From NCBI GenBank assembly GCA_964389375.1, contig CAYMDP010000008.1, positions 17,985-81,984 of the forward strand: DNA of 64,000 bases. The letters are read 5' to 3'. Below are positions 41,087-49,055 of this stretch, in pieces; position 1 is the first letter of the stretch; every line of letters begins with the position of its first letter. The translations under genes and the position numbers were made by a program. The notes beneath the pieces are model-generated. The model was not told the DNA's origin. It saw nothing but the letters and a program-made list of their open reading frames with translations, and did no database searches. The DNA is from an uncultured Pseudobdellovibrionaceae bacterium. Lineage in GTDB: Bacteria > Bdellovibrionota > Bdellovibrionia > Bdellovibrionales > UBA1609.

Positions 41087-42262
41087 ATGAAAAACACGAG
41101 CAATAAAATCACAAGTCAAAGGGTCCTGGGCTTCGGAGGACTTTTGTTCAGTTTAGTTTTTTCGGTGGCCTGTACGCAGACCTTAATTTTATTTAAGCCA
41201 AGTCCCTATATTGACCCGATGCCCGTCGATCAAAATCCGGTGGGCCAGGGGGCTGATCCGATGTTGGACAAACAATGGAGTCTTGCAAAAGTCGGATTAA
41301 GCAAAGAAACTTTTTCGGACTTAAAGTTTCAAGGCAACTACAACGTTAAGGTTGCAATTCTGTCGACTGGGATTGATTACAATCATGAAGACCTAGTGGG
41401 TCAGATTCATGTCAATCGCGCCGAGATTTCTCACAGTGCTGCGGGTGAAAAGCCTGGAGTGAATCAAAAGGACGAGGATGGAAATGGACTCGTCGATGAC
41501 GTCGTCGGATACGATGTCGTGGATGGTGATGGCTTTGCTTACGATCGTCATGGAGCTGGAACGGCCGTTGCTGGAATTATCGCAGCAAAACGCAACAACG
41601 GAGTTGGGATTGCGGGTTTAATGGGCCAAGTGTCTTTGTATCCGATTCGCTATATCAATGATAACGGCCAAACCTCAATTGGAAATCTAGTCTCTGCTTT
41701 GGAGGTCGCAAAGAAGGTAAAGCCTGATGTTATATTTATCCAGAATACCCAATTTCGCATTGGGGGCTACGAAATGAATCCTCAAGTCGCCAGCGCAGAA
41801 CTTTCGATCCTAACTGCGAATCTTCAAGAGCTTCAAAAGCTTAAGATCCCCGTTGTGGTTGGAGCTGGAGACGAACTAGGAACCTTTGGCGACAACGAAC
41901 TCGAAAAGATGCTGAGAAGTTTTGATAACATTGTGATCGTAGCCTCGACGACGAGCAAAGATAAAAAGGCTTTGCTGTCTAACTTCAGTCACCAAAATGT
42001 TTTGACGGCGGCTCCTGGTGAAGAAATTTTGACCACGAAGCCATTAAATAAATACGGTGTGGTCAGTGGAACGGCCTACGCTGCAGCTCACGTCACGGCC
42101 GCCTTGGCTTTGGCAAAGTCTGCCAAAGGTGAAAAGTTGTCTTATGATGAGGTTATCCCAAAACTGATTTCCAAAGATGGAAGTGATCAGCTTGAAGACT
42201 TGATGACAATGTCTCGTGGTGGAAATCGTCTTCAGATTTCGAAATTTTTAGAATCTTTGTAA
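41087..42262 (+). CDS. Catalytically degenerate subtilase paralog (pseudo-protease) lipoprotein
   Basis: It aligns with the upstream S8 gene, but the motifs are VAILSTGIDYNHEDL (Asp to Ser), VVGAGDELG (Asn to Asp) and SGTAYAAAHVTA (Ser to Ala); only His (DRHGAG) is kept. Lipobox FSVAC. A GTG at 41075 overlapping the upstream stop is an alternative start. Confidence 0.8.
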   Translation: MKNTSNKITSQRVLGFGGLLFSLVFSVACTQTLILFKPSPYIDPMPVDQNPVGQGADPMLDKQWSLAKVGLSKETFSDLKFQGNYNVKVAILSTGIDYNHEDLVGQIHVNRAEISHSAAGEKPGVNQKDEDGNGLVDDVVGYDVVDGDGFAYDRHGAGTAVAGIIAAKRNNGVGIAGLMGQVSLYPIRYINDNGQTSIGNLVSALEVAKKVKPDVIFIQNTQFRIGGYEMNPQVASAELSILTANLQELQKLKIPVVVGAGDELGTFGDNELEKMLRSFDNIVIVASTTSKDKKALLSNFSHQNVLTAAPGEEILTTKPLNKYGVVSGTAYAAAHVTAALALAKSAKGEKLSYDEVIPKLISKDGSDQLEDLMTMSRGGNRLQISKFLESL

Positions 42263-42545
42263 GGACCAGTACGGGCTGCACCATTGCTCTAATTCATTTA
42301 TTTGTGGGGAGAGTCCTTCTCCTCAATTCTTTACCGCAACATTTTTGAACCTCGATATCTGGAACCTCTGTGAGGCTCTGGCATTGATGAAGCCAGTTTT
42401 ATGAGATTTTATGTCTCTTCTGGTGCGTCTTTTGTCCGGACACCGCCCGACCTAAATCTAGATTCAATGCCTTGCTTCAGTTTGTCGCCTCAGGACTTGA
42501 GGGGTCTGGGCTTAAGATCTTTTGAGGGGAATTGGGGAGGACAGG

Positions 42546-43754
42546 ATGTTGTCGTTAATTTTAAGTTTATTTGTTTCTGTTGGTGTTTACGCAAAGCCCT
42601 CTGGGCAAAAGGTCCTTGGTGATCTTTCATTACTAAAAAAAGTCGGCGCAAAAATCTTGGATCAGGACTCTGAGATTCAAGTGGGTTTTGCCGAAGTCAA
42701 CTCAAGTCAAATGGAGCAAATTTCTGAAGCCAATCATCAGCTCGGACGCTGTGCAGGTTTTGAGTTAATTGAAAGTGAGCCGGCTCTGCAGTCCACCAAA
42801 GTTTCCTCTCCCTTAAAAGCCTTGCGGCAAAGATACGAACAGGACCGAAAGTTTAAAAGTTTAAGCCAACTGACAAGCCAAATTCAAAAGCGTCCTGAAA
42901 TTGAAGAAGCTCTTGGGAAAATTGATCCATCACAAATTCGCTCTAAGGTCGATTGGCTTTCTTCGTACCCTTCCAGAGACCATAGAAGTCAGGATCCGAA
43001 TATTCATGTTCGAGATTTCGAAACCAGTTTAAAAAATCAGTTTAAAGACATCTCCTGGGCGAGTGTTCAACAAGTTCCTCACTCACGAACAAAACAGAAT
43101 TCTTTAAAAGTGCGACTTGAGGGCAAATCATTTCCAAGCGAGATCATTGTCATGGGTGGACATTTAGATTCTATCACCCAGGGTTTTGGCGGTGGGGCGA
43201 GTCGGAATGCACCGGGCGCTGATGATAATGCCTCCGGTTCTGCCGCATTGGCTGAAGCACTGCGGATATTAATGGGGCTTGGCCAACCAGAGCGAAGCAT
43301 CGAAGTGTTTTGGTATGCGGGCGAAGAGGGCGGCCTGATTGGCTCTGGAGAGATTGCGGCCTCCTATAAGCGAGAGAGCAAAGATGTGATTGCAGTTCTT
43401 CAACTGGACATGGTTCTTCATGCGGGATCTGGTGAATTGACCATTGCAAATATCACGGATTTTACGAGTCCCTGGCTTAGAGAGGTCCTTATCCAATTAA
43501 ATAGCCACTACATTGGCGCACGTCTTGTCGAGGATCGCTGTGGTTATGCTTGTAGTGATCATGCCTCTTGGTATCGTCAGGGCTTTCCAACGGCGATGCC
43601 CTTTGAAGCCATGACCAGAAATATGAATGACGATATTCACACTCCGCAGGATAAAATCTCGGCGAGCTCTAATTTTACCCATGCAGCGGCCTTTTCAAAA
43701 ATGGCCCTGGCTTTGGCGATGGAGCTTGGGAACAGTCGGATACGGCAGCCTTAG
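42546..43754 (+). CDS. Secreted M28-family aminopeptidase
   Basis: GGHLDS, PGADDNASGSAALAE, AGEEGGLIGS and LQLDMV metal-ligand motifs. GGAGGA SD before ATG 42546. Confidence 0.85.
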   Translation: MLSLILSLFVSVGVYAKPSGQKVLGDLSLLKKVGAKILDQDSEIQVGFAEVNSSQMEQISEANHQLGRCAGFELIESEPALQSTKVSSPLKALRQRYEQDRKFKSLSQLTSQIQKRPEIEEALGKIDPSQIRSKVDWLSSYPSRDHRSQDPNIHVRDFETSLKNQFKDISWASVQQVPHSRTKQNSLKVRLEGKSFPSEIIVMGGHLDSITQGFGGGASRNAPGADDNASGSAALAEALRILMGLGQPERSIEVFWYAGEEGGLIGSGEIAASYKRESKDVIAVLQLDMVLHAGSGELTIANITDFTSPWLREVLIQLNSHYIGARLVEDRCGYACSDHASWYRQGFPTAMPFEAMTRNMNDDIHTPQDKISASSNFTHAAAFSKMALALAMELGNSRIRQP

Positions 43755-43907
43755 GCTATTAGTTGTGGCCTCTTCGATTTGATTAAATTTCATAGTCATG
43801 AACTTGATTTCAGAACTGCCTGAAGTCTTGGCAGCGCAAGTTTGCTTTAGGCCAAAACAATGGGCTTTGACCTGAGATAAGCTGGCCCCACGATTGCTTG
43901 AATAGAA

Positions 43908-45089
43908 GTGATGCCTAAGTTTTTTTATATCCTACCCCTTCTTTGCCTTGTCCTGGGATTCTCCTTTGTTGCTTCGGCTCGAGGTCAAAAAGGACGCATT
44001 CTATATTTAGAAGAACCAACTCCCTTGATCGAAGAGGCCAGACTCTTTCGCTTTCAAGCTGAAGGTCTGGATGTTGTTGGGGCTGATATCGGACCCGAGC
44101 AAGGTGTTCCGGTTGTTTTGGTCGGTGGCTATACTTATTCCTTTCCCTACTTACGTAAATTTATTCGAGCGCTAAATGACAAGGGCTTTCGGGTTTTCGT
44201 TTATAACCCTCCCGGTCAGGGTTTGGGTGTTTTAGAAAGTGGAGTGGGATCGAGTTCGGATCAATTAGGCATCGATGGGATGTTAAAGATTCTTCCGGCC
44301 ATTCGCCATCACGCATTTGCCGCAACAGGAGGCCAGCAAGTCGTGGTGATCGGTCATTCACTCGGAGGGCTTCAGGTTCGGGCGGGATCTTTGGGGATTC
44401 GGTTTAACCAAAAGGGTGAAGCCTATTTCTCGAAGGCCGCATATATTCAGTCACAAAGAGAAACGGCCTTGATCGTTCCGATGTTTTCTTTGCCGATGAT
44501 CGGCGATGAGATGTGGAGCGAGGCGGAAAGCAAAAAGGTCTTGTTTATGAAGGACATGGTTCCGGCCCTGACCTCTTGCTTTCAAGGCTTGAACTGTATG
44601 CTTCCAAATTCGATAGGCCAAATTCAAGATAGGTTGATTGCAAGCTACCTAAAACAAGTTCAAGGAAATTTACATCGAGGTCTTTTTGGAAGTCGGGATC
44701 TTGATGAAAACGAGATTGAAGCCATTAGTCGATATTTAATGCCCCATAAAGTCTCTCGGCAAATTCGGGAGGATATGACGAGGTGGGTGGATTCAAAATC
44801 CTTATCGACCAGTTCCGGCTTTGACTTTGGAAAGCTTTGGTTTGCAGTTCAGACGGGCAGCATGGCGTTTGAAACGCTTTACATCGCAGGCGAAGATGAT
44901 TCTTTGACCGAGATGAAGCCCTTTGCGGATGAAGCGAAACGACTTCCCAGCGCAAAGTTAAAAATTGTTCCCTCAGGGCATGTTGGAGCTTTTATTAGCC
45001 AAAAGCTCCCGGACCAATTGGCAAAATGGATCCGAGAGCATAAAAAACAGATTCAAGTGAAATCCTGTGGGAATATTTTAGTACTTTAG
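43908..45089 (+). CDS. Secreted alpha/beta-fold hydrolase (lipase/esterase-like)
   Basis: Signal peptide MMPKFFYILPLLCLVLGFSFVASA, VVIGHSLGG nucleophile elbow and C-terminal PSGHVG. Confidence 0.65.
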   Translation: MMPKFFYILPLLCLVLGFSFVASARGQKGRILYLEEPTPLIEEARLFRFQAEGLDVVGADIGPEQGVPVVLVGGYTYSFPYLRKFIRALNDKGFRVFVYNPPGQGLGVLESGVGSSSDQLGIDGMLKILPAIRHHAFAATGGQQVVVIGHSLGGLQVRAGSLGIRFNQKGEAYFSKAAYIQSQRETALIVPMFSLPMIGDEMWSEAESKKVLFMKDMVPALTSCFQGLNCMLPNSIGQIQDRLIASYLKQVQGNLHRGLFGSRDLDENEIEAISRYLMPHKVSRQIREDMTRWVDSKSLSTSSGFDFGKLWFAVQTGSMAFETLYIAGEDDSLTEMKPFADEAKRLPSAKLKIVPSGHVGAFISQKLPDQLAKWIREHKKQIQVKSCGNILVL

Positions 45090-45220
45090 ATCTTTGGCCT
45101 TTTGTCTTCCCGGGCTTCGTTTTCTTCTTTGTCCTCTAGGCTTTCGAAGAATTTTTTTAAAAATATTGTGATTGGGATCATGGAGAGAATCAACAGGACA
45201 GTAAGTATATTGTCTGACAT
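45086..45220 (-). CDS. Candidate 44-aa single-TM small protein (below the ORF-track size cutoff)
   Basis: The reverse complement reads MSDNILTVLLILSMIPITIFLKKFFESLEDKEENEAREDKRPKI, preceded by AAAGGAAA 8 nt upstream. One TM helix followed by a charged tail. Confidence 0.3.
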   Translation of the reverse strand: MSDNILTVLLILSMIPITIFLKKFFESLEDKEENEAREDKRPKI

Positions 45221-45910
45221 AGAATATTTCCTTTAGCACATCGTCTAAAATGAGTTGAGGCACAGAAAAAATTTAAATAGGGAAATAAATTTGCACGAGG
45301 CTATTAGGCTAGACCGATAGGTTTTTGTCTTAGAATACTATTGGTTTATAGCCTAGTTCCTAAAGGATCAAGACTCATAGAAGGTAAGAGCAAAGCAAAA
45401 TAAAAAGTGGTCGAAAGAAGGCTTTGCGCAAGTGATCTGTTTTTAAAGAGGCCAGAATTTTAGAAAGGTAGACTTCTAAATTAAAAATGGGGGAGGGGGA
45501 GAATCCGCTTTTTAATTGGCTTTGCAGCTTTGTCTGCGCAAAAATATCCGAGGGTTTAATGCCCATCCACTTTAAAGAATGCTTGGGGGATTTTAAGTTT
45601 AGGCTTGAGGTCCCGAGGCCTTCAAAATTGAATGACTGAAGTCCCTGTGCGGTCAATCCAAGAACTAAAATTAGGCTTGCGAGGAAGGCCTTCATAGAGA
45701 GCCAGTCTAGCATTGAGGCCTTGTTTTGCAACCGGACATTTCGAATTGAGGACAGGCCCGAGTCTCATTATAAGATGTTCATAAGAAAATTCTGACGAAT
45801 AGGGGCCTGTCTGGGCCTGCAAGACTTCAGTCACAATTCGAAAAAGCCGATGAAAACTAAAGGGATTAAAGAGCCTTAAGTCTAATTTTGAGACAAGACG
45901 GAGTGATAAA

Positions 45911-46675
45911 GTGGCCCAAGACAAGCGCCAAACATTTTTAGTAATCAGTGGCGATAAGTCGCGGATTCAGCGCTGCACTGAAATCATCTCTAAGAATTTT
46001 CAGAGCATTTCTGTTTTTCACGCGGGTGACTGGTATCAAGCGAAGGATAAAATCGATAACCTTTCTCCGAAGATAATCTTTGTAGACGAGTACCTTCCAA
46101 AAGGCTCGGGATTTGAGATTGTTCAAAAGATTCTAAAAAGCAATAAGAACAAAGACTGTTCAATAATCATTATGGCCTATGTGGCCGACCACGATAAATT
46201 TTCTTCGGAAGTCGCCTCGGGCCGAGTTCAGTTTTTAACTGAGCCGGACAAAGAACATTCTGTCGTAGAGTGTGTTTCAAAAATTGTATCTCCAAATAAA
46301 AATGGCGGAGTGGACGCTCAAGAACAATACGAGCTGCGAAGACTTGCTCCCGGAGACTTCTTGTTTAAAGAAGGGGATCACACAGAGATTGCCTATATTG
46401 TTAAAAAGGGAAGCTTAAGGGCCTACTCCGAATCCCCAGATGGCGAAAAGGTCATGCTTGGAGAAATCGTTCCTGGAGAGTTTGTTGGGGAAATGGGTCA
46501 TTTTAATCATGAGCCCAGATCCGCAACCGTTCAGGCGATTACCGAGGTCGAGTTGATTGCAATTCCGAATGGTGCCTTGGATGAAGTGATTTTCACGCGC
46601 CCCTCATGGGCAAAAGCCTTGGTAAAAACCCTCTCTATGAGACTTAAGAAGGCCAACAAAGCCCTTGCTGGCTAG
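45911..46675 (+). CDS. Degenerate receiver domain fused to a cyclic-nucleotide-binding domain (no DNA-binding domain)
   Basis: REC-like TFLVISGD...KIIFVDEYLPKGSGFEIV...SIIIMAY, but the conserved Thr and Lys-Pro are absent. A CAP_ED follows: FLFKEGDHTEIAYIVKKGSLRAY...GEMGHFNHEPRSATVQA. Confidence 0.7.
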   Translation: MAQDKRQTFLVISGDKSRIQRCTEIISKNFQSISVFHAGDWYQAKDKIDNLSPKIIFVDEYLPKGSGFEIVQKILKSNKNKDCSIIIMAYVADHDKFSSEVASGRVQFLTEPDKEHSVVECVSKIVSPNKNGGVDAQEQYELRRLAPGDFLFKEGDHTEIAYIVKKGSLRAYSESPDGEKVMLGEIVPGEFVGEMGHFNHEPRSATVQAITEVELIAIPNGALDEVIFTRPSWAKALVKTLSMRLKKANKALAG

Positions 46676-46686
46676 CTGACCCAATT

Positions 46687-46712
46687 GGGCCTGTCGAACT
46701 GAAGACAGGTCC
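46687..46712. terminator. Hairpin between convergent genes
   Basis: gggcctgtc-gaactgaa-gacaggtcc (8 of 9 bp paired). No clear U-tract. Confidence 0.3.
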
Positions 46713-46728
46713 AAGCTAACTTTAAAAA

Positions 46729-47067
46729 TTAAAGGGCGTTTTTGTCTTTCAGGTGGTTATGCATCTGAACGCCGTGAACTAGATCAATTCCTGCGGACAT
46801 TGCAGCGGCCACATGAAGGGCTTCTGTCATTTGCTCGGGATCAGAACCGGTCTCTAGGCATTGGGTCGTATAGGCATCGATGCAATAGGGGCACTGTTTT
46901 GCAAAGGATACGGCCAAAGCAATCAGAGCTTTTTCTTTTTTGCTAAGGGCTCCGTCTTCTCCAGTCACTGCTCCGTAGTAGGCAAAAAACTTTTCTGCCA
47001 GGTGGGGGGCGAATTTTCCGATTTCTCCGAAGCGACCTAGGTCGTCGTTTTTATAGTACTTGCTCAT
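46729..47067 (-). CDS. AhpD/carboxymuconolactone-decarboxylase-fold peroxidase-like protein (the type found next to ArsS-family radical SAM genes)
   Basis: 112 aa with a CPYCIDAY CxxC motif. It lies 21 nt downstream of the radical SAM gene on the same strand. Confidence 0.7.
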   Translation of the reverse strand: MSKYYKNDDLGRFGEIGKFAPHLAEKFFAYYGAVTGEDGALSKKEKALIALAVSFAKQCPYCIDAYTTQCLETGSDPEQMTEALHVAAAMSAGIDLVHGVQMHNHLKDKNAL

Positions 47068-47088
47068 AGTCTTCTCCTTAAGAGGGGT

Positions 47089-48069
47089 TTAAGTCGTGGT
47101 CCCACCGCAACTGCTTCCAGCTCCTGCGGTACAACCAAAACAATGTTCATCAAAAATTAGGTCTCGTTTTAGAAAATCATCCTGATTAAAATCCCGAATA
47201 TGAAAAGCTTGGCCCGAATCTTTAGAGCACTTTAGATCAAGCATCTGATTAAAGTCGCAGTCGTAAATATAGCCTTCATGGGACACGCTGAGCATGGACC
47301 GGCACATTACGCCCTCTGCGGCGGATGGGTTAAAGGAAGAAATTAACTTTTGCATATAATCTTCAAGTTGTCCGGATTTAGCCAGGCTTGTTTTAAAACG
47401 ATGAATCGGCAGATTTGTCATAACAAAAAGTTGATTAAATTGAACCTTGTGCTCTCGATCAAAGGTCTCTTTATATTGTTTTTCCAGTTCCACTTGGCCT
47501 GGAGGTAAATAAGGACCTACGGGATTATAGACCAGGTGAATCTGAAGAGGGCTTGAGCTTTGTGCGTAGCCGACTTGGTTCAGGCGTCTTAAGCTTTCGA
47601 TGCTTTTTTCGAAGACTTGGTTTCCTCTTTGTTTGTTTGTAAGGTAGGGGCGAAAGTGAGGCAAAGAAGAAACCAGCTCAATTTGATTTTCTGCGAAGAA
47701 TTCAGGAAGCCAAGACATCTCGGCCTTAGTCTGCGGATGTGGATCTAAGGTGACAGTCAGGTTGTGACGAACCATCACTTTTTTGTTTAATTTTCGAGCC
47801 TGAGAAACAAAATTTCGAAACTCTGGATGAAGCTCTGGAGCCCCACCGGTAATGTCTAAAGTGTGAATTCCTTGATTGCTTTCAAGCGCAGTCAGGCAGG
47901 CGGATAAGACTTCGTCTGAGGCCATCTCGGTGCGTTTTGGAGAAGAGTCCACATGACAATGTTGACAGGCTTGATTGCATAATTTTGTAATATTCAACTG
48001 CAAAGTTTCGGTCGAGAGTGGCGGAAGTTGAACTTTGTTTTGTTTCAAAATACTTTCAAAGCGGTTCAA
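47089..48069 (-). CDS. Radical SAM / Cys-rich-domain protein, ArsS (arsenosugar biosynthesis) family-like
   Basis: CNQACQHC (CX3CX2C) near the N-terminus and the characteristic C-terminal CFGCTAGAGSSCGG tail. Confidence 0.75.
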   Translation of the reverse strand: MNRFESILKQNKVQLPPLSTETLQLNITKLCNQACQHCHVDSSPKRTEMASDEVLSACLTALESNQGIHTLDITGGAPELHPEFRNFVSQARKLNKKVMVRHNLTVTLDPHPQTKAEMSWLPEFFAENQIELVSSLPHFRPYLTNKQRGNQVFEKSIESLRRLNQVGYAQSSSPLQIHLVYNPVGPYLPPGQVELEKQYKETFDREHKVQFNQLFVMTNLPIHRFKTSLAKSGQLEDYMQKLISSFNPSAAEGVMCRSMLSVSHEGYIYDCDFNQMLDLKCSKDSGQAFHIRDFNQDDFLKRDLIFDEHCFGCTAGAGSSCGGTTT

Positions 48070-48143
48070 GAATACTCCTTAAGATTAGAGTGGAAAAAGG
48101 CTAGCATTGGAGCCATACTTTCGCAAGAGGGGAATGTTTTTGC

Positions 48144-48854
48144 ATGTCTATTCAACTCAGTATTATTATTCCAACATACAATGAAATCCAGTTTGGTTTT
48201 TTGCGAGAGATCCTCACTGTGACTCGGGGTCTTCCTAATTGTGAAGTCGTTCTTGTGGATGGTGGAAGCCAAGATGGCAGCTTAGAGCTGGCTCGGGAGT
48301 TTGGAATTCAGCCGATTCATCTATTTAATTCCAATCGCGCACAGCGTTTAAATGTCGGAGCCAAGCAGGCAAAGGGCAAGCTCTTATTTTTTCAACATCC
48401 TCGAAGCCTTGTGCCTCGTGAGGCTTACGAATTTTTGGCCTCTCATTCGGATGACCTTAGATGGGGAGCCTTAACTCACGCCTTTGATCATTCCCACTTC
48501 TTGCTTAAGTTTACGAGTTGGTATTCAAACTTTGTCCGCGGCGATTTGCGTTCAATCTATTATTTGGATCATTGTCTTTTTGCCAGCAAGGCCTTGTTTT
48601 CTGATGGGGAGCTGCCTTTTCCGGAGGTGCCAATTTTTGAGGACACTTTGTTTTGTCAGCAGCTTCGCAAAAAAATGCCTCCTCAGCGTTTAAATTATGT
48701 CGTTTGGACTTCGAGCATTCGATTTACAAAAAACGGAATCTTTCGTCAGGCCTTTTTGAATCAAATGATGAAGATCGGATTTTATTTTAAAATCTCAAAG
48801 TCCAAACTAGATCGAATCTACGAAAAAGGAATTCACTTGAATTCGAAGAGCTAA
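48144..48854 (+). CDS. Family 2 glycosyltransferase
   Basis: LSIIIPTYNE and VDGGSQDGS motifs. Divergent from the radical SAM gene. Confidence 0.7.
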   Translation: MSIQLSIIIPTYNEIQFGFLREILTVTRGLPNCEVVLVDGGSQDGSLELAREFGIQPIHLFNSNRAQRLNVGAKQAKGKLLFFQHPRSLVPREAYEFLASHSDDLRWGALTHAFDHSHFLLKFTSWYSNFVRGDLRSIYYLDHCLFASKALFSDGELPFPEVPIFEDTLFCQQLRKKMPPQRLNYVVWTSSIRFTKNGIFRQAFLNQMMKIGFYFKISKSKLDRIYEKGIHLNSKS

Positions 48855-49055
48855 CTTTTCGTGCGGCCCTTGGAGTCTTAAATCCATTGAGTCGCTCAGA
48901 TTTGGCGAAAGGCCAGAGTCAGTTTTCCTCGCTCCCTTTTGATTTAGGTCCCCTTTAACTTCTGTTTATCTTCAAGCAGAGGCCGTTTTTTGTGTGTAGA
49001 TCCATTGGGCGGGAAGGCTGAGGGATTGTTCTAGTTATTTTCGTCTCTTTGACGT

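Noticed and set aside
42401-42622. 73-aa ORF upstream of, and overlapping, the M28 aminopeptidase start
   Set aside because: It overlaps the M28 gene, which has a strong GGAGGA-ATG start at 42546. Its composition is Cys/Trp-rich and atypical, and it has no SD.
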